A stretch of DNA of 35,964 nt from a virus. Taxonomy: Duplodnaviria; Caudoviricetes. The first letter of the stretch is position 1. Every line of letters starts with the position of its first letter. The stretch covers positions 1-35,964 of the IMG/VR virus record IMGVR_UViG_3300033067_001538; one strand, written 5' to 3'. This document shows positions 9,161-18,833 of the stretch, in pieces. The notes under the pieces are model-generated. The model was not told where the DNA came from. It worked only from the letters and a program-made list of their open reading frames with translations, and did not search any database. A program made the translations under genes and the position numbers.

Positions 9161-10429
9161 TTGGCTATTCTCGGTCTCAGGGATACTAGCAATTTCGTGG
9201 CGAATCAAGCCCCGGAAAGCTGGAGAGAAGGTATTCTTCTCCTGTATCCAAACGGTGCGGAAGCCAGCAAGGCCCCGCTCACCGCACTTACGTCTCTTAT
9301 GAAGTCCAAATCCGTGGATGATCCGCGCTTCCATTGGTGGGAAAAATCCCTCAATGATCGCCGGGTTCAACTCCATGCGACGACTACGGTTAATGGTGGC
9401 GACCCGACTGCGGCGACCGCCGGAACGGTGGAAGTCTGGACGCTGAAATCCACGGAAGACGCTAAGCAGTTCAAAAAGAACGATCTGCTTATGGTTGAAC
9501 AAACGAAGGAAATTCTTCAAGTTACAGAAGACCCGACTTCGGATACTTCAATCACCGTTCGCCGTGGCGCGGCTGGTTCTACTACTGCCGCTATTGACCC
9601 GAACGGCGTCGGAATTAACCCGATGCTTGTCTGCATTGGTTCGGCGTTTGAAGAAGGTTCCCGCGCACCGACGGGCGTTAACTTCGATCCCACGGAACAG
9701 TATAACTATACCCAGATTTTCCGCTCCACGCTGGAAATGACCAACACCGCGATGAAGACCCGTCTTCGCACCGGTGATCAGGTTAAGGAAGCTAAGCGCG
9801 AATGTCTGGAATATCTTTCCGTGGACATGGAGCGTGCGTTCTTCTTCGGAAAGCGTAATTCTACGACGCAAAATGGTAAGCCGCTTCGCACCACGAACGG
9901 TATTATCAACATGATTCCGTCGGCTAACCAATACGCTTTCGCAAGCGGTACGGTTACGATGGACCTGCTCATGGCCCGGATGAAGGACCTCTTCTCCGTA
10001 GGGTCCTACGAAAAAATGGCGTTCTGCGGAAACCAAGCGCTTCTCGCCATTAACGAAACGGTTCGTAAAAACTCCACCTGGAATATCCAGAATGGGGTTA
10101 AGGAATACGGAATGGCCGTGACTCGTCTCACGACTCCGTTTGGCGAACTGGTTCTTAAGCCCCACCCGCTGTTTAACCAAATGTCGGGCGGCACGAACGA
10201 AGGCACGAATACCTACAACGCGTGGGATTCTGCCGCGTTTATTCTCGACATGCCGAATATCGAGTATGTTTATCTGAACGGTCGCGATGTGACTTATCAG
10301 AAGAAATTGCAAGATGATGGTGTGGACGGAATGCAGTCGGGTTATATTGCGGAGTGCGGTCTGGAACTTCACCACGCTTCGACCCACTGGCTGTGGACTG
10401 GCGTTAAGACTGGTACGCGGGATTCCTAA
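9161..10429 (+). CDS. major capsid protein (SU10/DUF5309-like)
   Basis: Motifs FHWWEK, SAFEEGS, YNYTQIFR, DMERAFFFG, TPFGEL..HPLF, ECGLELHH; about 422 aa after the scaffold; TTG start with SD GGAG. Confidence 0.9.
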   Translation: MAILGLRDTSNFVANQAPESWREGILLLYPNGAEASKAPLTALTSLMKSKSVDDPRFHWWEKSLNDRRVQLHATTTVNGGDPTAATAGTVEVWTLKSTEDAKQFKKNDLLMVEQTKEILQVTEDPTSDTSITVRRGAAGSTTAAIDPNGVGINPMLVCIGSAFEEGSRAPTGVNFDPTEQYNYTQIFRSTLEMTNTAMKTRLRTGDQVKEAKRECLEYLSVDMERAFFFGKRNSTTQNGKPLRTTNGIINMIPSANQYAFASGTVTMDLLMARMKDLFSVGSYEKMAFCGNQALLAINETVRKNSTWNIQNGVKEYGMAVTRLTTPFGELVLKPHPLFNQMSGGTNEGTNTYNAWDSAAFILDMPNIEYVYLNGRDVTYQKKLQDDGVDGMQSGYIAECGLELHHASTHWLWTGVKTGTRDS

Positions 10430-10611
10430 TGACCACTAGAGTCGTGATTTCCAACATGGGCTGTAAACCTGTTAAGGTTGAAGTCCAAGGTCGCGATTCC
10501 GGTGGGAAGTTTGTGGCGGCGGAGGAAAAAATCCTCCCCGTCGCAGGCACACAGGAATTCTATGTTCATTCTAACCAGAGCCTTCAAATCATCGAAGCTC
10601 CGGAGGATTAA
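10429..10611 (+). CDS. small hypothetical beta-rich protein
   Basis: 60 aa, TAATG-coupled to the capsid stop; its 3' end holds the GGAGG SD for the next gene. Confidence 0.65.
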   Translation: MTTRVVISNMGCKPVKVEVQGRDSGGKFVAAEEKILPVAGTQEFYVHSNQSLQIIEAPED

Positions 10612-10616
10612 TTCTT

Positions 10617-11006
10617 ATGGCAAAAACTCCCGACTATCAAACTTCCAAAGCGGAATGGGACGGTAAACTTCCATTTGTTTATCAAATGGGTTCGGTTACG
10701 TCTGCTAACGCCACTACGGAAGGTGCCCGCTTTGTTGCTCCGTGCGATTGCGAAATTGTGGAAATTGGTTTCCGTACCATTACCACTGCGACGAACGCGG
10801 CCGCGAAGATTAACGCTGGTATTGTTGGTTCACTTACGCGGAATCTTAACGCGTTTGCGATTACGAACGTTACCGGTTTTAACACCATTCCTCTGGCATC
10901 GCTTGCTTCGGCAAACTTTTCCAAGGGCGAGGCTATGGCCATGTCGATTACAAACGCCGATACCACGGGCGTTCACGTCGCTTACATGGTTCTGATGCCG
11001 CGTTAA
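10617..11006 (+). CDS. putative capsid decoration / minor structural protein
   Basis: 129 aa, A/T/N-rich beta pattern, strong SD GGAGG, downstream of the capsid gene. Confidence 0.65.
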   Translation: MAKTPDYQTSKAEWDGKLPFVYQMGSVTSANATTEGARFVAPCDCEIVEIGFRTITTATNAAAKINAGIVGSLTRNLNAFAITNVTGFNTIPLASLASANFSKGEAMAMSITNADTTGVHVAYMVLMPR

Positions 11007-11025
11007 TCAACTAAGGATTGTCCTG

Positions 11026-11703
11026 ATGAACCTTGGCGAATTCCATAGTCTTGTCTCTGAGTCACTTAACCGTGGCACAAGTCTTGACGCTCGGATTCCG
11101 TCCAAGGTTCGTCAGGCGGTCCGCTGGATTGAACGAAACTACACCTACCAATATATGCGGCGTTGGTTGTCCGGGACAATCGACACCTCTCTTCCAGATG
11201 CAGAGGTTATTCCTTTGTATCAACTTTATCCCAAAGCTATTGAAGCCGTTCGGCTCTGGCCTAGTGATAATCCCCGGTCCCAGTTTCATGATCTGAAAAG
11301 AATTGACCCTAAAGAACGCACGTCGCGGACGACTGATGTTTCGGGCTATTGGCTTGACGGGGTTAATTCTATTATCCTCGACGGAACGCCGACAGATGTG
11401 TCTGGATCGATTCCGTACGAAATTCATCTTCATCAATACACCGCGTGGCCGACTGATACCAATTACGAGCATTGGCTGATCGACAACGCGGAAGATATGC
11501 TTCTATACACTACCTTATTTTATATGGGTGTGTCACTTCGCGATTCTCGGATGATCGCGGATTACAAAGCTCTCCGAGACGAAGCACAACAAACACTCCA
11601 TATTTCTGAACAAGAAATTCAAAATAATGATCGTTCGGCGTCTATGGTTTATAACCCTGTAGACTACACCCCGGATCAATGGTTTTCTGACGATGACAGC
11701 TAA
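11026..11703 (+). CDS. head-tail adaptor (tail tubular protein A-like)
   Basis: 225 aa; TNYEHWLIDNAEDMLLY resembles the podovirus adaptor 'tNwl....pdlllY' motif; SD AAGGA; position fits. Confidence 0.75.
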   Translation: MNLGEFHSLVSESLNRGTSLDARIPSKVRQAVRWIERNYTYQYMRRWLSGTIDTSLPDAEVIPLYQLYPKAIEAVRLWPSDNPRSQFHDLKRIDPKERTSRTTDVSGYWLDGVNSIILDGTPTDVSGSIPYEIHLHQYTAWPTDTNYEHWLIDNAEDMLLYTTLFYMGVSLRDSRMIADYKALRDEAQQTLHISEQEIQNNDRSASMVYNPVDYTPDQWFSDDDS

Positions 11704-11902
11704 GTACGGATACGGCGCGAATGGCGGATTTACCCGGCCCCCTGGACTCGGAGACTGGGAGGATAGCAACGTACCTCCGATTCTTAACGACAGCGGTTTC
11801 TATCGCTATACTGTTGTACCGCTGGGCCTCCGTGCTCTCCCGTATCGGAGAAGCGCTGAAAAACCTGGCGCTTTGGTTGTTCAAGAGGTTCCGTCTTACT
11901 AA
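11693..11902 (+). CDS. small hypothetical protein
   Basis: 69 aa filling the gap between adaptor and tail fibre; its stop overlaps the next ATG (TAATG). Confidence 0.6.
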   Translation: MTAKYGYGANGGFTRPPGLGDWEDSNVPPILNDSGFYRYTVVPLGLRALPYRRSAEKPGALVVQEVPSY

Positions 11903-14529
11903 TGGCAACAAAATTTTCAAATTTCGCCGAAACGACTCTGGCTCAGATTCTAGCAGCCGGAGCAACAACGGCGTATCTGTCAAGCGCGACGAATTTTCCG
12001 ACCTTCGGAGTGGGGGATACGTGCCGCCTGACACTGACGGACGGGATTCAAAGCCCGGAAATCGTGACCGTGACCGCGAGAAGTGGGACAACGATTACGA
12101 TTACTAGGGGTGAGGAAAATACCGCGGATTCTACGTGGGGTGCCGGTACGGAAGTAATCCTTTCGCCTACTGCGGAACAGCTTGAAGATATCTACAACCG
12201 GACGATTAGTTCGTCGAATTTCGGTGTTGCGACGGTAACGGCTACTAATCAGTGGACGATTACAATGCCAGCAATTCCGTCTCTTGTGGACGGAACGGAC
12301 ATTACGTTTATTGTCCCGGCAGATAACACCGACGTTGTGACTATCCGCCTTTCCGATGGCGTGACGAATGGAAGTTATTTCCCGCTTTATGGAAATGGTA
12401 ATCATCCGCTGGAAAATGATGAACTGCAATCCGGGTGGATGATTACCGCCCGGTACGATGCCACGGATGATGTGTGGATCATCACCACTCCGTATACAAA
12501 TCACCTAAACGCTACGAGTATTAACGACGCCCCGTTTGTAAAAAATTGGGCGAGCAATGGTGATTTTGAGCAATGGCTTGCGGGGACTAGTTTCTCCACG
12601 CCGGCAAGCGGTTCGGAAACTGCGGATACTTTTTTCGTCCGGTATGACGGAACGATCGGGACTTTCACCGTTTCGCGGCAAGCGTTTACTGTCGGGCAAA
12701 CGGATGTTCCCGAAGAGCCTAAATATTTCCTCCGTTGGGATCATACCTCTGGCGGAAGCGGTTCTACTTTCCGGGATTTGGAATGGAAAAACGAAGTCGG
12801 AGTCCGGTGGGCCGCGGGTGAAGATGGGAATCTAGGTTTCTATATCCGCGGGGCTTCGAGCTATCAAGTCACCGTTAAAATCTTCCAAGACTTTGGTACG
12901 GGCGGAAGCCCGAGTTCTGCGGTTCAGGTTAATTCCCTGACTGTGAATGTTACTACATCTTGGCAATTTGTTGATCTTAGCCAAGAATTTCCGTCTATTG
13001 CTGGAAAAACTCTTGGATCAAACAACGATGATTGCGTTAAAGTTCGGATTAGCTTTCCGCTCAACACCACGTTCCGGGCGGATATCGCCACGTTCCAAAT
13101 CGCGCGCGGCGATCGGACGAGTAAATTTTCTCCGAAAACTTCGAGTATTCTGGATGGAATTTACAAAGCCGCCTCTGCGCGGAGTGCGATTGGGTTGGTC
13201 ATTGGCACTGACGTCCAAGCATACGACGCGGATTTGGACCAATGGGCCTCGGTTACGCCGTCGACGTTCTTCAAAACGCTTCCCGTTGCCGCAAGCGCTG
13301 CGGCGCTGAATACTTTGCTTGGGCTGGGGACTGGAGATAGTCCTCAGTTTGCGGCGGTTAATGTCGGGCACGCGACGGATACTACAATTACGCGTGTAAG
13401 CGCGGGAAAAATTGCGGTTGAAGGTGACACGGTTTCAACTCTTGGGGCTACGGAAACTTTTACGGGAATAAAAAGTGCACGGCCTAGCGCTTCCGGTGTG
13501 CGCTTCAATGTCGGCCCTGACTATAACGGCGGCGTTGCAATCGAGACCGGCGAGAGCGTTCTAGACATTCGTGCATGGACTGGCGCGCCGACACTTAGAT
13601 TAACTCGCCATAATATTGCGGCGTGGGATTTGGAGATTGATTCTAGCGGAAATCTAGACGTTAATGGGCCATCCGGGCAAAATATGTCGTTTACGACCGC
13701 GAATTCGTTTGAAATAAACGGTAACACGGCCTATCACGTCGGCAATCTCCCCGGCACGGCTATAACGTGGACGGCGCGAGAGCGGTTTGCGGGCGATACT
13801 GGTCGCGAAGCGCCTACGCTTGGCAGCGCGCACGGGTCCGTCCAGATCAGCAACACCGATCCTTCATACGGCATCATCTTTGGCGTCTCTGCGTCGGTCG
13901 GGACCGGATGGATACAAGCCCAGCGCGTGGACGGTACGGGCACCGCCTACGCACTCAATCTCCAACCAAGCGGCGGCTCCCTGCTTGCAGGTGGCGTCGC
14001 CGTCAATGTTGCCGGCAAGCAATCGATCCCCATCCCCGCATCGGCGATGACACCGCGCACGACGAACGGCGCGGCGGCGGGGCTCACGGAGACGACGACA
14101 AACAAAGTCATGTTGGCGACGCTCGATTTCGATGCGGTTACGGAAGAGTATGCGCAGTTCATCGTGGCAATGCCGAAGAGCTGGAACGAGTCCACGGTGA
14201 GTGCGCAATTTCTGTGGACTGCTAACTCGGGGACGGTTGGCCAAGGTGTGCGGTGGTATTTCCGCGCCCGCGCGCTCTCAGATGACGACCCCATCGATGC
14301 GAGCTTTAGCTCGGGTGAAGGTGCGACCGATACCTATCTTGCGTCTGGAGACATGCATATTTCTCCAGAAACAAACGCAATGACAATTGCGGGAACCCCC
14401 GCCGAAGGCGATCTCGTGGTATTCGAGATTTTTCGTTACACCGCAGACGCAGCGGACACCCTGACTGGCGATGCGCGTCTCATTTCCATTCGTCTTTTCA
14501 TCACCACTAACGCTCCGAATGATGTCTAA
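11902..14529 (+). CDS. tail fibre / receptor-binding protein
   Basis: 875 aa, T/S/G-rich; N-terminal anchor (EIVTVTARSG..ITITRGEENT), carbohydrate-binding-like domain (NGDFEQW...), linker LVIGTDVQAYDADL, C-terminal beta domain. Confidence 0.85.
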   Translation: MATKFSNFAETTLAQILAAGATTAYLSSATNFPTFGVGDTCRLTLTDGIQSPEIVTVTARSGTTITITRGEENTADSTWGAGTEVILSPTAEQLEDIYNRTISSSNFGVATVTATNQWTITMPAIPSLVDGTDITFIVPADNTDVVTIRLSDGVTNGSYFPLYGNGNHPLENDELQSGWMITARYDATDDVWIITTPYTNHLNATSINDAPFVKNWASNGDFEQWLAGTSFSTPASGSETADTFFVRYDGTIGTFTVSRQAFTVGQTDVPEEPKYFLRWDHTSGGSGSTFRDLEWKNEVGVRWAAGEDGNLGFYIRGASSYQVTVKIFQDFGTGGSPSSAVQVNSLTVNVTTSWQFVDLSQEFPSIAGKTLGSNNDDCVKVRISFPLNTTFRADIATFQIARGDRTSKFSPKTSSILDGIYKAASARSAIGLVIGTDVQAYDADLDQWASVTPSTFFKTLPVAASAAALNTLLGLGTGDSPQFAAVNVGHATDTTITRVSAGKIAVEGDTVSTLGATETFTGIKSARPSASGVRFNVGPDYNGGVAIETGESVLDIRAWTGAPTLRLTRHNIAAWDLEIDSSGNLDVNGPSGQNMSFTTANSFEINGNTAYHVGNLPGTAITWTARERFAGDTGREAPTLGSAHGSVQISNTDPSYGIIFGVSASVGTGWIQAQRVDGTGTAYALNLQPSGGSLLAGGVAVNVAGKQSIPIPASAMTPRTTNGAAAGLTETTTNKVMLATLDFDAVTEEYAQFIVAMPKSWNESTVSAQFLWTANSGTVGQGVRWYFRARALSDDDPIDASFSSGEGATDTYLASGDMHISPETNAMTIAGTPAEGDLVVFEIFRYTADAADTLTGDARLISIRLFITTNAPNDV

Positions 14530-14915
14530 TGCTTATGATGGCGAAAATGTTCGCGTTGTTAGGCGGAAAGCCCGACACCATTCGTGCGGCATGGGCGAAT
14601 ATCTCTACAACCGTAGGGGTGCCGGGCACTAATTCTGCGTCTAATATCGTCTATGCGCGCGGAGGGCCAACTAGAAGTATTCGGGTTGCTTGGGATGGTT
14701 GGAATATAATTGACCAATTCCTAGAATACAAAATTAATTCTGGTAGTTTTGTAACTATTCCTTCAAACAATACAGTTATTTCTGGTCTAGCAAATGGAGA
14801 TAGCGTTCAGTTTAGATTCACTGAAACCGCCGGGGTTTATGCCGCCCGGACTATAGCAGTAACTGATGTACTTACCGGCATAGTCATCGACACGTTTACA
14901 GTCGATTCAGCATAA
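14529..14915 (+). CDS. tail fibre-associated protein
   Basis: 128-aa beta-rich ORF, TAATG-coupled to the fibre gene. Confidence 0.65.
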   Translation: MLMMAKMFALLGGKPDTIRAAWANISTTVGVPGTNSASNIVYARGGPTRSIRVAWDGWNIIDQFLEYKINSGSFVTIPSNNTVISGLANGDSVQFRFTETAGVYAARTIAVTDVLTGIVIDTFTVDSA

Positions 14916-14926
14916 GGAAATAAAAC

Positions 14927-15331
14927 ATGGCAAGAGAAGTAGTTAGAAAAACTAAACTGGTTTTTCTCCTAGACGACGGTGGTGGGCTTAAGCGTGGATA
15001 TTTTATTCAACGCACCTCTTTTCAAGATGATGACGGAAATGAAAAAGCTTTTGCCGATGCGGAAATTGAAGCACAGAAATCCGATCTTGTAAGTTTGTTC
15101 GGCGCAGTTGCTAATACCGATCAAGAAGCGCTCCGTGGTCAAGTAGATAGTTTGGTTAAATCTTATGAGAAGCTCCAAAATGAATATGCTGACTACAGAA
15201 AAGCAACGGACAAACTCCTCGCCTCTGTATCAAAGGGAGCCGGAAAGATCAAAGAATTCGCGTCTGAGATTGAAGTTGCCCTTGCTCCAAAGGGAGGAGT
15301 CGTTAGCGCGGACGAAAAACCAAGCGCTTGA
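14927..15331 (+). CDS. hypothetical protein with C-terminal coiled coil, possible fibre chaperone
   Basis: 134 aa with SD TAAGGA. Confidence 0.7.
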   Translation: MAREVVRKTKLVFLLDDGGGLKRGYFIQRTSFQDDDGNEKAFADAEIEAQKSDLVSLFGAVANTDQEALRGQVDSLVKSYEKLQNEYADYRKATDKLLASVSKGAGKIKEFASEIEVALAPKGGVVSADEKPSA

Positions 15332-15446
15332 CGTTTTCCTTCTCACCACAGCAACTTGGGGATTGTTTGGATTTCCGATCAGTCTCCTTGTTGCGTGCGT
15401 GGGTTTGATGCTAATCGCTATGCAATGGATTAATTCTCTAAACTAA
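15328..15446 (+). CDS. small membrane peptide
   Basis: Hydrophobic 39-aa tail of ORF 15165..15446; a TTG at 15328 overlaps the previous TGA. Start uncertain. Confidence 0.4.
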
Positions 15447-15456
15447 GAATTATTTG

Positions 15457-15484
15457 TTGCGTTTTTTGAAATTTATGCTAGGAT
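15457..15484 (+). promoter_or_regulatory. internal sigma70-like promoter, possibly giving a leaderless mRNA
   Basis: TTGCGT (15457-62), 16 nt, TG-extended TAGGAT (15479-84) in an AT-rich gap; predicted +1 falls near ATG 15491. Confidence 0.4.
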
Positions 15485-15490
15485 AAAAAC

Positions 15491-16618
15491 ATGCCTCCGG
15501 AAATTAAAATCCCAGTCCCGGCCGGTGCCACGGAATTGATTTTGAATTACGATTTCAAAGTCCCTGTCGTGGTTCCGCCCGATCCGCCAACGCTGGTGGA
15601 ATCTATCCCCGGCACGGGCGTTACGCTGGGAATTGGAAAGATTATTGATAAAGATTTGAAAACCTGGACGCTCCAACCGAAGGTTGGCGGTGGTGGGGAT
15701 AACGGACTTTTCTGTGATGATAAATATGTCACGGGGAATTTTGTAACCTCGGCGCAATATCAAGGGAATAATGTTTTTATCGAAAACACCGCTGGTTATG
15801 GTCAATGGAAAAAGACTGTAAAAGACGGTGTGGTTATTGCGTACGAGCGGATTGATACTCCGCCAGTAGTTCCCCCGCCGCCTCCAACAACTGGTCCATT
15901 CCCGGCTATTCCGGCTGGATATAAAATCCACTTTGAGGATTTTTTCACCGGTTTGAACGAAAACGTGTGGACAAAAGTTACCCCGCAACTTACGGGCGAT
16001 ACCCGTATGGACCCGGCAAATGTTTCCATTACCCCGCAAGGGTTGGAGATTAAAGCCAAGCGCGTTTCGGCGACTTCGATTACAACCGGAGCAGTGAGTA
16101 GTCTTGGAAAACTAACCTGGAAACAAGGCGATCGTCTGCGGATTTTGTGTAAGGTTATGAAAGGAATCGGGACACATACTGGTGGGGTGGGCTATTGGCG
16201 TAATCCCGCGCCGGCAGGTGAAGGCTCGCCGAAAGGCGGAGAGATTGATGTATTTGAACAACGCGGAATTCATCCGCAGATGTACGAACCGACGATTCAC
16301 TCTGCAAATGATGGCGGGGATTATTCTAAACAAGTTGAAACTGGAGTAGTTCTTGCAGGCGATTTCCATGTTTATGAAACCGAGTGGACCGCGGAAGGGT
16401 TTGTGCATTACTTCGATGGAAAACAAGTGCATAAAGCTACGAGAGCCCGAGGGGATACATATCCTTATAATCGAGAATTTGGTATTGACCTTTGTTGTTT
16501 TTGTAACGCAACCCCGGATCAACCGGGACAACCGCCGAATTGGCTTGGAGTTTTCCCGGCCAATCAAGCGCTACCTACGGCAGTTTTTAAAGCCGTGCAG
16601 CTTCTTAGAAAGGGTTAA
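15491..16618 (+). CDS. glycoside hydrolase family 16 protein with an N-terminal accessory domain
   Basis: Catalytic EIDVFE motif plus GYKIHFEDFF, TTGAVSS, DFHVYETEWT..FVHYFDGK; Pro-rich linkers (VVPPDPP, VVPPPPP). Confidence 0.85.
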   Translation: MPPEIKIPVPAGATELILNYDFKVPVVVPPDPPTLVESIPGTGVTLGIGKIIDKDLKTWTLQPKVGGGGDNGLFCDDKYVTGNFVTSAQYQGNNVFIENTAGYGQWKKTVKDGVVIAYERIDTPPVVPPPPPTTGPFPAIPAGYKIHFEDFFTGLNENVWTKVTPQLTGDTRMDPANVSITPQGLEIKAKRVSATSITTGAVSSLGKLTWKQGDRLRILCKVMKGIGTHTGGVGYWRNPAPAGEGSPKGGEIDVFEQRGIHPQMYEPTIHSANDGGDYSKQVETGVVLAGDFHVYETEWTAEGFVHYFDGKQVHKATRARGDTYPYNREFGIDLCCFCNATPDQPGQPPNWLGVFPANQALPTAVFKAVQLLRKG

Positions 16619-16620
16619 AT

Positions 16621-16860
16621 ATGGATACTTCTGATGTGGCAAAATTCGTGGCGATGATCGCGAGTTTGCTTTCGATTGTAAATGTTACGCTTTCTCCCGA
16701 AAACATGGAGTTGCTTACCCAACTTATCATCGCGGTGGTGACGATTCTTCCGCTTGCGCTTGCGATGCTTAAGAAAGACCCAAAAACCGGTGAGCAGGTT
16801 AAACTCAAAACCGGGCAAGCGGAAAAAGCAGCTATTTATAACGGAGTTCAAAATCCATGA
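16621..16860 (+). CDS. putative holin
   Basis: 79 aa with two hydrophobic segments and a basic C-terminus. Confidence 0.55.
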   Translation: MDTSDVAKFVAMIASLLSIVNVTLSPENMELLTQLIIAVVTILPLALAMLKKDPKTGEQVKLKTGQAEKAAIYNGVQNP

Positions 16861-17222
16861 AGAAGATTATTATCGCACTTAGTCTTGGTTTGCTTCCGCT
16901 TGTTTCCGGTTGCCAAACCCTGGCCCGTGTTTCTGGTTCGGAGCAGGTTGCCACTTACGACGAAAAGACGCTTATCACTCTGGAACTTGGTTTCCAGCAA
17001 GCGATGGTGTTTATTCTCGCCGCAAATGATACCGGCAATCTGACGAATAATCAAAAGGCTCAACTGCTTCCGAAGGTGGTGCAAGCCCGTGCGTTCCTTG
17101 TAAAAGCGCGCGAAGCCTATGACACTAATTCCCGCGCTGAAGCGGCGATTAATCAAAATCGTGCGGCTCTGGCGATTGCGGAAATTGTGGGTCTTCTTGA
17201 ACAATGGAAGGTGATTAAATGA
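16857..17222 (+). CDS. lipoprotein, possibly spanin-like
   Basis: Signal peptide MKKIIIALSLGLLPLVSG-C with lipobox; SD GGAG; ATGA overlap. Confidence 0.75.
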   Translation: MKKIIIALSLGLLPLVSGCQTLARVSGSEQVATYDEKTLITLELGFQQAMVFILAANDTGNLTNNQKAQLLPKVVQARAFLVKAREAYDTNSRAEAAINQNRAALAIAEIVGLLEQWKVIK

Positions 17223-17419
17223 CCGCAGCTGAGATTATCAAAATTCTGTTCCTTTTGGACTCTATGACTGCTCAAGCTCTCGAAACCGCGCAGTTGTATA
17301 AAACCCAAATGACGGAACAAGACGAACAAAAACTTAAGCAATTTCTAACTGAAAACCGGCCGAAGACCGACGCGCTTTATGCGGAAGTTCTGGCCAAACT
17401 GACTCCCACGGAGGGTTAA
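17219..17419 (+). CDS. small hypothetical protein
   Basis: 66 aa, ATGA overlap, SD AAGGTG. Confidence 0.65.
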   Translation: MTAAEIIKILFLLDSMTAQALETAQLYKTQMTEQDEQKLKQFLTENRPKTDALYAEVLAKLTPTEG

Positions 17420-17420
17420 C

Positions 17421-18833
17421 TTGTCGGAGCTTCTTCTGGAAATACAGGCTGGAGACCAGCTCAGTTCTGGAATTTTTCCTGGACTTCCGGGAGAAGCTCC
17501 GATTCTTTGGGCTGATGGGGAGAATATTGTTTTTGATTCCGGGCAGGTGAAGAAAAGTCCGGGGTTTACAAGACTAGATACTGATACTAATTTTGCCGCG
17601 ACGCCTAGTGATTTGATCACAGCAAAGACAAGCGCGGAGCGACGTGCGTATATTGGCGCGGGCGGAAGTATTTATGCTTATCGCACCGCTGACGATGTTA
17701 CGCAGATTGGGTCCGGGTTTTCTGCGGGTGGCCGCTGGGTTTTGATTCCTTGGGGGAATTGGCTCTTCGGCACGAATGATACAACTGATGGGCTTCAGAT
17801 TTGGAAGCACACGGAAAATGTTCTTGATACATCTCCGGCAAGTGTTACCACTCCATTTACTCGGTGCAAGACTCTTGCAAAACTAAACAATTCACTCATT
17901 GCTTTTAACACAAGCAATTCTCCGTATATTGCGGAATACTGTGACTCGGGCAATCCTGAAACAGGATGGACCCCGACGCTTACGGGTTCTGCGGGGAATC
18001 TTGAACTAAGGGATTTGGATTCAGATGTTATCGCGGTATGTACCCTGGCAGGTGGCCTCGGCGTTTACACAGGCGAAAATTTATCTCTCTTTCGTTTTGT
18101 TGGTGGGACTCTACGCTTTGGTTGGAAAGTTGTGCTGGAATCTGTGGGTGCTGTATCACCACGATCTGTTGTCAGTACTGGGAATTATAATTACGGAATT
18201 ACCAAAGATTTTGTCTTCGTAACAGACGGGAATAGCTTTACGCATATTCACGAGCCGGCGGTTAAAGGATGGTTGGATGAAAACGTAGACTGGTCGAGAA
18301 AGGCTGAAGTCTACGGTTATCATGATAAGCAAAGTTCTTCGATTGTCTGGCTGTTGCCGATGGTTTCTGGAGGAATGAAGGGAATAGTTTACAGGTATTC
18401 AAAAGGAAGCTGGACCAAACTTGCCGCAGATATGGTTGTCGGTGCGGAGTATGGTGTTTGGGACGAAGCGTTTACCTGTGACTCTACCGGGATTTATCGA
18501 CAAGAAAAGAATATTTATAACAAAGGCTCGTCGCCATTGGTTAGTTATGTTTATACTAAACCGCTCGATTGTGGCGATCGCCGGAGGTTGAAGTTCTTTT
18601 CTAAACTTGAACTGGATATTCAAAAAACCGGAACGGTTACGGCGTATGCGAGTTATAATGACAAACCGGATGATACCTTGAATTGGGAAAGTCTCGGTAC
18701 GGTTGATAATGAACTCTGGATGCACCGCGAAGCTCCGTTTGTTTCTATTAAACTAGAAGCCGCGGGACTGAATAGTCAGTTTAAACTGAACGGTGCGAAA
18801 CTGCATGGTTCGTTTACGGGGTGGTTGAACTGA
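17421..18833 (+). CDS. tail nozzle / tail tubular protein B-like (DNA stabilization protein)
   Basis: 470-aa beta-propeller-like composition (GAVSPRSVV, VYRYSKGSWT); TTG start with SD GGAGG; precedes the ejection genes. Confidence 0.75.
   Translation: MSELLLEIQAGDQLSSGIFPGLPGEAPILWADGENIVFDSGQVKKSPGFTRLDTDTNFAATPSDLITAKTSAERRAYIGAGGSIYAYRTADDVTQIGSGFSAGGRWVLIPWGNWLFGTNDTTDGLQIWKHTENVLDTSPASVTTPFTRCKTLAKLNNSLIAFNTSNSPYIAEYCDSGNPETGWTPTLTGSAGNLELRDLDSDVIAVCTLAGGLGVYTGENLSLFRFVGGTLRFGWKVVLESVGAVSPRSVVSTGNYNYGITKDFVFVTDGNSFTHIHEPAVKGWLDENVDWSRKAEVYGYHDKQSSSIVWLLPMVSGGMKGIVYRYSKGSWTKLAADMVVGAEYGVWDEAFTCDSTGIYRQEKNIYNKGSSPLVSYVYTKPLDCGDRRRLKFFSKLELDIQKTGTVTAYASYNDKPDDTLNWESLGTVDNELWMHREAPFVSIKLEAAGLNSQFKLNGAKLHGSFTGWLN

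Noticed and set aside
9548-10387. 279-aa minus-strand ORF
   Set aside because: Antisense shadow of the major capsid gene.
10400-10611. Programmed frameshift extending the capsid protein into the 60-aa ORF
   Set aside because: No slippery heptamer before the stop; the TAATG overlap is explained by ordinary translational coupling.
11721-12107. 128-aa alternate-frame ORF with a hydrophobic segment (holin-like)
   Set aside because: Overlaps two better-supported coupled genes and has no clear SD; cannot be fully excluded.
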